From positions 1 to 39,244 of the forward strand of contig JBAUBP010000183.1 of assembly GCA_049676905.1 (NCBI GenBank): a DNA stretch of 39,244 nucleotides, written 5' to 3'. The position numbers were made by a program, and so were the translations under genes. The notes beneath the pieces are model-generated. The model did no database searches. It worked only from the letters and a program-made list of their open reading frames with translations, and had not been told where the DNA came from. Shown here piece after piece: positions 1-9,027 of this stretch; the stretch's first letter is position 1, and each line of letters starts with the position of its first letter. The DNA comes from Candidatus Bathyarchaeia archaeon. GTDB lineage: Archaea > Thermoproteota > Bathyarchaeia > 40CM-2-53-6 > RBG-13-38-9.

Positions 1-227
1 ATCATAATTGGTGCAAGATAGGCTAAAAACTGCCAGTATTCCTTCGGACTTATTCCTGCAGCAAACCAGAGCAAAAAAATGGCGAAAAGTGTTGTGAATA
101 TCATCAATTGATAACCAGGCCAGATCAAAGCAACAACAAGATAACATAAAATAAAAATCAGTTTGGATCTTGGATCTAATCTATGGAGAAAAGAGTCAGA
201 TGCAGAGTATTGATAGAGAAATTTCAT
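1..227 (-). CDS. ecfT: ECF transporter transmembrane component EcfT/CbiQ, N-terminal part (runs off the window edge)
   Basis: Not in the ORF track. Reverse-strand ATG at 227 has AGGAG about 9 nt upstream. My translation is MKFLYQYSASDSFLHRLDPRSKLIFILCYLVVALIWPGYQ..., which carries the S-x-LHRLDPR-x-K N-terminal signature and hydrophobic helices typical of EcfT. It lies directly downstream of two EcfA-type ATPase genes. Confidence 0.7.
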   Translation of the reverse strand, partial: MKFLYQYSASDSFLHRLDPRSKLIFILCYLVVALIWPGYQLMIFTTLFAIFLLWFAAGISPKEYWQFLAYLAPIM

Positions 228-248
228 TGCACTAAAACTCCTGAAAAA

Positions 249-1082
249 TCAGTTATTTCTAATTCTTTTCATCACTACGTCCTTAGTCTCATCCACAGTT
301 AAAACTGCGGGATTGAATCCCAAAGCATTTCCGAGCATAGTGATTTGTGGAGGCTCAACATATGTGTGGGAAAGAAGATCTATTTGTCCAAAGACCTCCC
401 TAGTTGTATCGTCAACCAACATCTGACCCTCACATAGAGCTACTGTTCTTTTCGTATATTCCGCTACTAAATTCATGGCATGAGTTATTACAAGGGCAGT
501 AACTCCTTCCTTGTTTAAGTCTCGTGTCAAATCCATGATTGCTCTTGCTTCTTTTCTATCTTGACCAGTTGTCGGCTCATCTATGACTAATATCTTGGGT
601 TCCATAGCAAGTATCGCGCTTATGGCTACACGCTGTCTCTGCCCTTTCCCAAGGCGGAATGGATGAAGATCTCGTAACTCCCATAGATGCATACGTTCTA
701 AAACTTCTCTCACTTTTCTTTCAATCTCTTGCTTGGGTGTTTCAATATTCCTTAAGCCGAAAGCTATCTCATCGTATATGGATTCCTTGAAGAGTTGGTG
801 GTCTGGGTTCTGGAAGATATATCCAACTTCCTTGGCAAGATCGGAAGTCCGCATGTCCTTCGTATCTCTTCCATTAATTCTTACTGTGCCCTTTGTCGGT
901 TTGAGGAAGCCGCTGATACATTTTGCCAGAGTTGTTTTGCCAGAACCATTTTGACCTATTAAAGCCACAAATTCGCCATTTTCTATGCTCAGAGAGACAT
1001 TCTTTAGAGCCTGAATTCTGTTCGGTGGCGGATAGGTGAAGCTTACATTCTCTATGCTGATTATGCTATTTTTTTTCGACAT
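249..1082 (-). CDS. ecfA2: ECF/cobalt-type ABC transporter ATP-binding protein (EcfA, second ATPase)
   Basis: Walker A GQNGSGKTT, degenerate signature LGKGQRQRVAI, Walker B ILVIDEPTTGQD. Overlaps the upstream ATPase gene by 17 nt. Confidence 0.9.
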   Translation of the reverse strand: MSKKNSIISIENVSFTYPPPNRIQALKNVSLSIENGEFVALIGQNGSGKTTLAKCISGFLKPTKGTVRINGRDTKDMRTSDLAKEVGYIFQNPDHQLFKESIYDEIAFGLRNIETPKQEIERKVREVLERMHLWELRDLHPFRLGKGQRQRVAISAILAMEPKILVIDEPTTGQDRKEARAIMDLTRDLNKEGVTALVITHAMNLVAEYTKRTVALCEGQMLVDDTTREVFGQIDLLSHTYVEPPQITMLGNALGFNPAVLTVDETKDVVMKRIRNN

Positions 1083-1986
1083 TTCCCAACATCTCAGAAT
1101 AGATTTTTACTGCATTATTCAGGGTCAGAGGAATTTCCTCTGAGGATGGATGTATGCCCTCATTCATCAGGTCATAGGTGAGCTCTGTTACTTGAGGAGC
1201 ATCTATTCCGGCTTCAGCCAATAATTCTTTTTCAGCGAAAAATTTTCTTGGTTCGGCAATTGTCTTTATCTCACCATCATTGAGTAAGGCTATTCTATCA
1301 GCAAACTGTGCAAGTTGTTCAGACTTATGCTCAACCATTACAACAGTTATGCCTCCCTTAGAGACAAGCTTCCTAACTGCGTCGAACACAATTGTTGTTC
1401 CAATCGGATCAAGTTCCGATGTCGGTTCATCTAATAGAAATATCTCATTATCCAAACAATAGACAGAAGCTATTGCGACTCGCTGTTTTTGTCCTCCTGA
1501 TAGATCATAAGTTACACTGTTCTGAATATTCTCTATCCCAAAGAATTTGACTACTTCATCTCTTTTCGCAAGTATCTCATCCTTGGACATGCCTCTGTTT
1601 TCCAGTCCCCATGCCAATTCCTCTCTAACGAAAAGGTTGAATATTTGTGATTCGGGATCTTGCATCACCATGCCTACCATCCTTGACAATTCAGCCATGC
1701 TAGCCTCAGTAGTTTTTTTGCCATTCACAGTGGCTGTCCCAGATAGTTTACCTTTAATGTAGTGAGGTATTACTCCATTCATGAGATACAGAAGGGTGGT
1801 TTTACCAACTCCAGTTGGACCCATTATGCCTAGAAACTCACCTTTCTTTACAGTTAGGTTAACATTTTTCAGTACTGTACCGGATCCTCTAAGATAACTG
1901 AAATTGATATCATGAAGTTCTATAGGGGCATTGGCAACCAAATTTTTTTCCTCAAATCTATCTACAATGCGTGGCTCATACATCAC
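1066..1986 (-). CDS. ecfA1: ECF/cobalt-type ABC transporter ATP-binding protein (EcfA, first ATPase)
   Basis: Walker A GPTGVGKTT, signature LSGGQKQRVAIA, Walker B FLLDEPTSELD. First gene of the ecfA-ecfA-ecfT string. Confidence 0.9.
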   Translation of the reverse strand: MMYEPRIVDRFEEKNLVANAPIELHDINFSYLRGSGTVLKNVNLTVKKGEFLGIMGPTGVGKTTLLYLMNGVIPHYIKGKLSGTATVNGKKTTEASMAELSRMVGMVMQDPESQIFNLFVREELAWGLENRGMSKDEILAKRDEVVKFFGIENIQNSVTYDLSGGQKQRVAIASVYCLDNEIFLLDEPTSELDPIGTTIVFDAVRKLVSKGGITVVMVEHKSEQLAQFADRIALLNDGEIKTIAEPRKFFAEKELLAEAGIDAPQVTELTYDLMNEGIHPSSEEIPLTLNNAVKIYSEMLGNVEKK

Positions 1987-2041
1987 GGTGCCAAGTTATA
2001 TATATTCATTCAACGAAACAAAGTAGAGAAAATATCTGGGA

Positions 2042-2254
2042 GTGCACAAAGTGTCCAAATATCAAACTGCTGCCATCGTAGCCGCCATTGTTCTCATCAT
2101 AATCTTCGCTGCCTACATATACTACTTCTCTATTGGCGTAATTCCGCCCTATCAACCATACGACCCCGTTCCCTCGCACATAATCTGGATCATTCTCATC
2201 ATACTATTGGTTATACTAGCGTTTGCGGCGTTGAAGCGTCCCAAAAAAACTTAG
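2042..2254 (+). CDS. small two-helix membrane protein, function unknown
   Basis: 70-aa ORF with two strongly hydrophobic helices separated by a PPYQPYDPVP loop. GTG start (the alternative GTG at 2051 has better spacing from GGGAG). Its stop sits within the GAGGT box of the next membrane-protein gene. Confidence 0.3.
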   Translation: MHKVSKYQTAAIVAAIVLIIIFAAYIYYFSIGVIPPYQPYDPVPSHIIWIILIILLVILAFAALKRPKKT

Positions 2255-2268
2255 TGAGGTAAAAAAAG

Positions 2269-2838
2269 TTGGATTCAATTCCTGATTGGGGTGAACATAA
2301 ACTCTGGCCTACCGACACAAGAACTCTAGTATCCTCTGTGCTTCTTGCAATAGCCTTCACAGCGAACATGCAGATCACTGAGCGAATTGATGCAGCTACA
2401 ACAGGTGGAGCCCTGATGTGGCTAGGTGTATGTTTTGCAACACTGTGGATGTTGACAGGAGCCCTATTCTTCGGTATGACAGGAGCGTTGATAGTTGCTA
2501 ACATAAATCCGTTCATAGCCATCCTGACAGCAACATCACCACTAGCACCTTGTTTCTTCGTAGCGAACATGTTGATCGCGGTGCCCGCAGCCTTATTGTT
2601 TCATCATGTCAAGAAGTCTGGGCAGGACCTACCATTCAAAACATTCATGAGTGTGGGCGTACCTTGCGGTATGCTTTCAGTCATACCATTGTTCGTCATC
2701 TGGGTGATTCTGCTAAACCTACCGGGTCAATTGATAACAATATTCGCTATATGGGGGGCCGCAATGGCTATCCCTGGGGCTTTTCTAGGCTACCTGATGT
2801 GCAGATACATTGCTAGGTCTGGAGTTCTAATCGGCTAG
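2269..2838 (+). CDS. polytopic membrane protein, possibly an ECF substrate-capture (S) component
   Basis: 189 aa with 5-6 predicted TM helices. TTG start has GTGAGGTAA 8-9 nt upstream. Divergent from the ecfAAT module. The S-component assignment is inferred from size, topology and context only. Confidence 0.45.
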   Translation: MDSIPDWGEHKLWPTDTRTLVSSVLLAIAFTANMQITERIDAATTGGALMWLGVCFATLWMLTGALFFGMTGALIVANINPFIAILTATSPLAPCFFVANMLIAVPAALLFHHVKKSGQDLPFKTFMSVGVPCGMLSVIPLFVIWVILLNLPGQLITIFAIWGAAMAIPGAFLGYLMCRYIARSGVLIG

Positions 2839-2863
2839 CTTTAGCCGATAACCTCTTTTTTTT
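2831..2863 (+). terminator. hairpin plus T8 terminator-like element
   Basis: Perfect 7-bp stem tcggcta/tagccga (2831-2837 / 2842-2848) with a 4-nt loop, overlapping the stop codon. A run of eight T follows at 2856-2863. The reverse strand also gives a T-rich tract after the convergent M20 gene. Confidence 0.45.
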
Positions 2864-2892
2864 ATAAAAAATTAGAATGAAAAAAGAGACGG

Positions 2893-4089
2893 TTATGTTA
2901 GAACTTTGGCTGCTAAAAGACTGTAAATCTTAGTAGCTTCAACAACTTCTTCGGGATCTATCCATTCATCTGGGGAATGAGCAAGTTCGGCCAGTCCAGG
3001 TCCTAGAAGAATGGTAGGTATTCCTTTCTCAGCATAGAATCTACCATCACTTGCTTGTAGATATCCAACTGGCTTATCCGATATTCCTCGACTGCTACAT
3101 ACTTCTTGAGCCATCTTTACGATAGGACTATCATGCGAGGTCTCAATTGGGCTTCCTGTCAGAAGAACCTCCATCTTCGCCTTGAAATCAGAGTCTTGTT
3201 TCTTCATATCGTCGATGACATCTTGCAACTCTTTTGTAGCTCCCTCAATTGTCTCGTTTGGAAGAATCCTTCTATCTATGGTAACTTCACATTTGTCAGC
3301 AACAACATTTGTTTTGACGCCGCCTGTTATCATGCCGATGTTCATTGAAGGAGGTGGGGTGAGCGAATGTTTCCTATGTTTTAACTGTCCAACAACCTTG
3401 TTATCTATCATCTTAAGGAGATTGATCATTTTGTCGATTGCGTTTATTCCATCCCAAGGAGTACTTGCATGGGCTGTTCTGCCTTCTGTAGTGATCTTAA
3501 ACCAGATGATTCCTTTCTCTGCTATGGCTATTTTGTTGGCAGTTATCTCACCTACGACTACGTAGTCCGGATTTATTTCTCCACTATCGAGAACGTGTTG
3601 CGCCCCTTTGAAACCTCCAACTTCCTCATCACTAACAGGATTAATTACCAGATTCCCCATCAGTTCTATGTTGGAATCGGCGAGAGCCTTTGCAGCCATC
3701 ACCATTCCTGCCACGCTACCTTTTGCATCTGCTATGCCTCTGCCATACATTTTGCCATTCTCTACTTCAGCTCCAAAGGGGTCATGTTTCCATTTCTCAA
3801 TTTCGCCTACTGGTACGGTATCGACGTGGCTGTTGTATAGTAATTCAAGCTTCTTCTTGGGTTGTGCTGGTCCCAGTTTAGCTACTATGCTCGGCTTATC
3901 TTCATCCACAGACAACAGTTTTACTTCAAGTCCAGCTGATGTCAGTTTTCTTCTTATAACCTCTATAGCATCTCTTGTGTCTCCAGGAGGGTTTACACTC
4001 TTGGCTTTGACGAGCTCAGCTAGGAATTCAGTTATCTCGTTTTTCATTCTATCGACTGTCTTGAGTAGAAGATTATCGTCTTGATCCAC
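2893..4089 (-). CDS. M20-family dimetallo-amidohydrolase (ArgE/DapE/carbamoylase-like)
   Basis: Motifs NSHVDTVP, GRGIADAKG, SDEEVGG, GEIT and C-terminal AHSPDEW are typical of peptidase family M20. GTG start has GAGAGGA upstream, 22 nt after the stop of the hydantoinase gene, so the two look co-transcribed. Confidence 0.8.
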   Translation of the reverse strand: MDQDDNLLLKTVDRMKNEITEFLAELVKAKSVNPPGDTRDAIEVIRRKLTSAGLEVKLLSVDEDKPSIVAKLGPAQPKKKLELLYNSHVDTVPVGEIEKWKHDPFGAEVENGKMYGRGIADAKGSVAGMVMAAKALADSNIELMGNLVINPVSDEEVGGFKGAQHVLDSGEINPDYVVVGEITANKIAIAEKGIIWFKITTEGRTAHASTPWDGINAIDKMINLLKMIDNKVVGQLKHRKHSLTPPPSMNIGMITGGVKTNVVADKCEVTIDRRILPNETIEGATKELQDVIDDMKKQDSDFKAKMEVLLTGSPIETSHDSPIVKMAQEVCSSRGISDKPVGYLQASDGRFYAEKGIPTILLGPGLAELAHSPDEWIDPEEVVEATKIYSLLAAKVLT

Positions 4090-4111
4090 TTAGCTATCCT
4101 CTCTGAATATT

Positions 4112-5509
4112 TTATGCGGCTGGTCTTTTCAAGATGTCTTCGGATATCTTTCCTTTTACGAATTCGCCTTCTCCTGCTTTACCAACAAATTTTCCGTTTT
4201 CAGCAACAATTTTTCCTTTGGATATCGTCATTACAGGGCTTCCTTGGAGTTCGATTCCTTCGAATGGGGTCCAATCTATCTTGTATGGACAGTCGTCGAT
4301 TGTAATTTTCTTCTTAATCTTTGGATCCAATATTACAAGGTCCGCATCACTTCCAATCTCTATCGCGCCCTTCTTTGGATAAAGTCCAAAGATCTTTGCA
4401 ACATTTGTACTAGTCACAGCCGCCATACGATTTACTGATATTCGACCTTTTTGAACTCCTTCAGAGAACATTACTGGAACTCTAAATTCCATTCCGGGTA
4501 AACCGTTTGGAACCTTATTGAAAGAATCTTTTCCCATCTTCTTATGCTCGAGAGTGAATGCTGCTTGATCAGATGCTACAGCAGATATTGTTCCGTCTGC
4601 AAGTCCTCGCCAAAGCTCTTCAATATGATCTCTTGTACGTAGTGGGGGGCTGCAAATGAAGTTCAAACCGTCAGGTCTCTTGTACATTTCCTCCTCTAAT
4701 GTGAGATAATGTGTTGTGGTCTCACAGTAAGCGGGGAAACCTTCTTTCCTAGCTTGGCGAATTAGCTCGACTCCTTCCTTAACCGATAGGTGGTAGTCAT
4801 AGAATGCCGAGTTCAAATACTTCGATATGTAAAGAGCTCTGTTAAGAGCTTCCGCCTCATTGATAGGAGGCCTAGTCAGTGCATGATAGATTGGTGATTT
4901 ATTGCCTTTCTTGATTGCCTGTTCTTGAAGGAATTCGATTATTGAGACATTTTCTGTATGACAGCCCGCCAAACCACCATGTTTCTTGATTTCTTCCATG
5001 ATTGGTATTAGGTTCCCATCATCGATCATTAGTTCTTCTTTTCTGTAGACCATGAAGAATTTGAAGGAAGGTATTCCCATCTCTATGATCTTTGGGATCT
5101 GTGCTATCGATGCTTCGCTTCCCTCTGTTAAGTTCGAATGGAGAGTGTAATCTATACAGACTTTGCCATCAGCTTCTTTTCTACGAGCTTCTATTGCTTC
5201 CATTGGTAGTTTTCCCTTAGCTTGGAATGCAAAGTCAATAACTGTTGTTGTGCCGCCTATTGCTGCAGCCATTGTCCCTGTATCAAATTCATCTAAGGTC
5301 GTTGCCCCCATGAATCCGACGTGCATATGAACATGAGGATCAATACCGCCTGGAACAACAAAATTCCCACCTGCGTTAACAACACGATCAGCTTTTGGAA
5401 AAACATCTCCGCTTCCAATGCCTGTTATCTTACCAGCATCAATTGCAAGGTCAGTTTCCAGTGTTACGTCAGGCCGAACCACTTTGCCGTTCTTTATCAA
5501 CAAATCCAT
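4112..5509 (-). CDS. cyclic amidohydrolase of the dihydropyrimidinase / D-hydantoinase family
   Basis: N-terminus DLLIKNGKVV...VPGGIDPHVHMH (HxH metal ligands). The 465-aa length and overall pattern match hydantoinase/dihydropyrimidinase-type amidohydrolases. Confidence 0.8.
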   Translation of the reverse strand: MDLLIKNGKVVRPDVTLETDLAIDAGKITGIGSGDVFPKADRVVNAGGNFVVPGGIDPHVHMHVGFMGATTLDEFDTGTMAAAIGGTTTVIDFAFQAKGKLPMEAIEARRKEADGKVCIDYTLHSNLTEGSEASIAQIPKIIEMGIPSFKFFMVYRKEELMIDDGNLIPIMEEIKKHGGLAGCHTENVSIIEFLQEQAIKKGNKSPIYHALTRPPINEAEALNRALYISKYLNSAFYDYHLSVKEGVELIRQARKEGFPAYCETTTHYLTLEEEMYKRPDGLNFICSPPLRTRDHIEELWRGLADGTISAVASDQAAFTLEHKKMGKDSFNKVPNGLPGMEFRVPVMFSEGVQKGRISVNRMAAVTSTNVAKIFGLYPKKGAIEIGSDADLVILDPKIKKKITIDDCPYKIDWTPFEGIELQGSPVMTISKGKIVAENGKFVGKAGEGEFVKGKISEDILKRPAA

Positions 5510-5611
5510 AAGTAAACACTAAACCAGAAATGGCAGAATTCAATTATAAGTTTTAGTGAAGTTACAACATGGAATCAGCAACCAATCCTAAGACTTTTCT
5601 CAGACCTTATC

Positions 5612-6616
5612 TTGAATGAGTGTTTAGAATCAAAGGATTTGAGCGAATTCCAATTGCAGAACACAATAGATGCCATGCATATAGAGATCAAAAACCAAAT
5701 CGAAGATCTTCCATCCTATGTTGATTATCTGGCAAAATTGGCTGCACCTCCAGAATCTGAAAAAGAAGGTAAACATTGCATATTCACAGGTGCAGGAGAC
5801 TCTTATGCAGTATCAATGGCAGTTGAGGCCCTCAGTAGAAGATTCGCGAGAAGTTTTGATCCATATGAGCTATCGAGAAATCCATCAGACTCTTCAGATT
5901 TACATCTGTATGTAATATCCGTTTCGGGAAAGACAAAAAGTAATATCCAGGCTGCCAGAGCTGCCAGAGGATTCGCTAGAGAAATCACAGCAATTACTGC
6001 AAATCCTGAAAGCCCACTAGCTACATCTACTGATAATTTAATACAGTTAAGATTCCGAAGTGAAGACAAACTTACTCCTGGAACTTCAAGTTATACTACA
6101 AGTCTATTGGCCAGTTTTTCTAGGATTAAGGTCCTTCCAAAACTCACCAACCTTTCTGACGTCTATGATTCAGCACTTTCTTGGTCAGAAAATATCGAAA
6201 TTCCATTAAATTCAACAACATTCCTCGTAGGAACAGGACTTAGTTATCCCCTTGCTATTTATGGAAAAGCCAAAATATTCGAAGTTCTTGGATCAAAGTC
6301 AAATTCACAAAGAACTGAGCAGTTCAGTCACATGGAACTATTTTCATTAACAAAAGATGATCTGGTAATCATACTGCCAGAAAATAATCATGATGATCAA
6401 GCGATTAAAATTCATAATCTTCTTGAAGAACAATCCTTCAGAACATTAATACTTAGTCCAGATGAATATGACGAAATTGAAAGATCATTAGCTGCTGCGA
6501 TACATCTACAAGTACTAACGTGGAAGAACGCTGAAATGAAAAGAATAAAAGAATGTGCATTCATCAATAAGAGAAATCTTCTTGATATCAGCGACAAGAT
6601 GATATATATCAACTAG
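5612..6616 (+). CDS. SIS-domain (sugar-phosphate isomerase/binding) protein, apparently two SIS repeats
   Basis: FTGAGDSYAVSMAVE and [20 protein letters not shown] are classic SIS motifs. A second repeat appears around FLVGTGLSYPLAIYGKAKIFE. TTG start. Confidence 0.6.
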   Translation: MNECLESKDLSEFQLQNTIDAMHIEIKNQIEDLPSYVDYLAKLAAPPESEKEGKHCIFTGAGDSYAVSMAVEALSRRFARSFDPYELSRNPSDSSDLHLYVISVSGKTKSNIQAARAARGFAREITAITANPESPLATSTDNLIQLRFRSEDKLTPGTSSYTTSLLASFSRIKVLPKLTNLSDVYDSALSWSENIEIPLNSTTFLVGTGLSYPLAIYGKAKIFEVLGSKSNSQRTEQFSHMELFSLTKDDLVIILPENNHDDQAIKIHNLLEEQSFRTLILSPDEYDEIERSLAAAIHLQVLTWKNAEMKRIKECAFINKRNLLDISDKMIYIN

Positions 6617-6680
6617 ACTAAGTTTGAAAAAAGCAGTTTGAAAGAAAGAACAAGTTAATACAAGGAAGTTAATCTTATTT

Positions 6681-7346
6681 ATGACAGTAATTCACGCAGA
6701 TATCTTTGGAAGTCCGAATATAGGGGTTTACTGTTTTGCATGTGAATCATGGGGAGCAGTTCCGGCTGGAACAACATCCAAAAAGAGGAATAATTTTGCT
6801 GAAAGCTTAGAAGTAGATGTCTGTGAGGTGAGTGTTGCAAGCTCAAATCTTTTAGGAATTTTCTTAGCTGGAAATAGCAATGGACTAGCAGTCCCTAAAA
6901 TTATCAGCGAATATGAGCTCAAGACGATAAAAAAATCTACGTCTCTAAATATCGAGATAATGGAGACTGAAAAAACTGCTCTTGGAAATCTTATTTTAGC
7001 CAATGATCATGGTGCATTGGTAGATCCGACTTTCTCAAATTCCATTATCAAGAAACTCGAAGACCTGTTACAGGTAGAAGTTGTGCGAGGTCAAATCTCA
7101 AATCTTTCATATGTAGGATCTATCGCTTTAGCCACAAACAAAGGAGTTATTACACACCCCCTAATACGCAACAACGAAAGAGAGGTCATAAAAGACGTGC
7201 TAAAGGCTGAGGTTGAGCCCTGCACAGTCAATGGAGGAGTGCCTTTCATAAGATCAGGACTCCTAGCTACAAGTCGAGGAGCGGTAACGGGGCCTCTGAC
7301 AGTAGGCAAAGAGTTAATGGCAATATCTCAAGTCATGGAATTGTAG
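6681..7346 (+). CDS. eif6: translation initiation factor 6 (aIF6)
   Basis: 221 aa with an IFGSPNIGVY... N-terminus and pentein-repeat pattern. Conserved archaeal context upstream of LX, prefoldin alpha and FtsY. Confidence 0.9.
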   Translation: MTVIHADIFGSPNIGVYCFACESWGAVPAGTTSKKRNNFAESLEVDVCEVSVASSNLLGIFLAGNSNGLAVPKIISEYELKTIKKSTSLNIEIMETEKTALGNLILANDHGALVDPTFSNSIIKKLEDLLQVEVVRGQISNLSYVGSIALATNKGVITHPLIRNNEREVIKDVLKAEVEPCTVNGGVPFIRSGLLATSRGAVTGPLTVGKELMAISQVMEL

Positions 7347-7360
7347 TGAGGAGAAGTAGA

Positions 7361-7582
7361 ATGAGCGAAGTAAAGACCTTTATTATAACAGGAAAAATCA
7401 AGAAACCCGGTGGCGATATCCCATTTTCAAAGAAAATTATAGGGATCAAGCAGAAACAGGTGGAAGAGACGCTTTACTGTGAACTAGGTAGCAAACACAA
7501 GGCTAAACGATTCCAAATAGACATTACAAAGATAGAAGAAGAGAAACCATCATCTAAGAAAGATACCGCTGCAAAGAAGTGA
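7361..7582 (+). CDS. rplX: 50S ribosomal protein LX (eL20 family)
   Basis: MSEVKTFIITGKI...ELGSKHKAKRFQIDITKIEE resembles archaeal LX. I prefer the ATG at 7361 (GAGGAG 7 nt upstream) over the GTG at 7346 in the track. Sits in the conserved aIF6-LX-PfdA order. Confidence 0.7.
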   Translation: MSEVKTFIITGKIKKPGGDIPFSKKIIGIKQKQVEETLYCELGSKHKAKRFQIDITKIEEEKPSSKKDTAAKK

Positions 7583-7589
7583 AAATGCA

Positions 7590-8015
7590 TTGGCAGCAAG
7601 TGAAGAAGAACTCAGAAGATTAATGATGGAAATCAGAATTTTAGAAGGATCAGTTAATACTATTCAGTCTAGGCTTAGAGTTGTAAACGCAGCGTCAGAA
7701 GACACTGTGGGTGCAATGAAGACCTTAGAATCGGTAAAAGATGAGAAAAAAGGGACTGAGATGCTTGTCCCAGTGGGTGCGGGGTCTCTGCTCAAAGTCG
7801 AAATTACCGATGTTGAAAAGACAGTTCTCGGAGTTGGAGCCGGTGTCTGCATAGAAAAAAGTATAGAATCATCGATCAAGGATCTAAACGAGAGACAAGA
7901 AGAACTAGAAAAATTGAGTAATTCTCAACAGCAACAGCTAGCACAACTGCTTACACGAATAGAGAGTTCGAAGAATCGACTAGCGAGAATGATTGAAGAA
8001 ACACCAAAGACATAG
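7590..8015 (+). CDS. pfdA: prefoldin alpha subunit
   Basis: 141 aa with coiled-coil N- and C-termini flanking the MLVPVGAGSLLKVEI beta-hairpin core typical of PfdA. TTG start. Confidence 0.85.
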   Translation: MAASEEELRRLMMEIRILEGSVNTIQSRLRVVNAASEDTVGAMKTLESVKDEKKGTEMLVPVGAGSLLKVEITDVEKTVLGVGAGVCIEKSIESSIKDLNERQEELEKLSNSQQQQLAQLLTRIESSKNRLARMIEETPKT

Positions 8016-8065
8016 TATATCGGTTTTGATGTCAGTACTATCAGAATTAGAAGGACCAACACGGC

Positions 8066-8974
8066 TTGTTTGAGAAACTAAAATCAGGGTTAGAGGATTT
8101 TCTCGACAAAATATCCAAAACAGAATTAAATGAAAAGTCAATCGATTCATTAATCGAGGATCTAAAGCTAATTCTCCTCCAGAATGATGTAGCCTTTACT
8201 GTTGCAGAGAGCATTTGCGACCAACTTAGAGAACAACTAAACGCGTTAGAAGTAAAGAGATTTAGTGACCACTTGACAGAGGCAAAGACAATACTACGAG
8301 ATATACTTCAAAAAACATTAGTTGCCAATGGGAAAGAGAACCTATTTGATATCATCAGAAGAAAGCAAGAGAAAAAGGAACCCATTATAATCGTATTCAT
8401 AGGAATCAACGGAACTGGGAAGACAACTACAATCGCTAAACTCGCTCATCTCCTAATCAAAAAAGGTTTTACAACAATATTGGCGTGTGCAGATACTTAT
8501 AGAACAGGCTCAATAGAACAGATCGAGGAACATGCAAGAAGATTGGGAGTAAAAACAATCAAACATACGTATGGTTCCGATGCAGCTGCCGTCGCATATG
8601 ATGCCATCAATTACGCTAAGGCTCACGGTACAGATAGTGTGTTAATCGATACTGCGGGCCGAATGCAGACTAATAGAAACCTGATCGATGAGATGAAAAA
8701 AATAATCAGAATAGCAAAACCGGATCTAACATTATTGGTAATAGATGCATTAACCGGTAATGATGCTGCCGAGCAAGCAGCCATTTTCAGCAAAGCTGTA
8801 TCAGTAGGTGGTATAATCCTTACCAAACTAGATGCTGATGCAAAGGGAGGCAGCGCTATATCAGTGTCCAGCATCACGGGCAAACAAGTTTTATTCATGG
8901 GTGTGGGCCAGGAGTATGACGATCTTTTACCATTTGATCCCAAATTTATCCTTAATAGAATCCTCGGTGAATAA
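8066..8974 (+). CDS. ftsY: signal recognition particle receptor FtsY
   Basis: SRP-GTPase motifs GINGTGKTTTIAKLA, DTAGR, TKLDADAKGG. TTG start. Confidence 0.9.
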   Translation: MFEKLKSGLEDFLDKISKTELNEKSIDSLIEDLKLILLQNDVAFTVAESICDQLREQLNALEVKRFSDHLTEAKTILRDILQKTLVANGKENLFDIIRRKQEKKEPIIIVFIGINGTGKTTTIAKLAHLLIKKGFTTILACADTYRTGSIEQIEEHARRLGVKTIKHTYGSDAAAVAYDAINYAKAHGTDSVLIDTAGRMQTNRNLIDEMKKIIRIAKPDLTLLVIDALTGNDAAEQAAIFSKAVSVGGIILTKLDADAKGGSAISVSSITGKQVLFMGVGQEYDDLLPFDPKFILNRILGE

Positions 8975-9027
8975 GATGGATACTATTTATATTGTAATAG
9001 CGCACGTAGAAAGCGAAGGTCTGAGAA

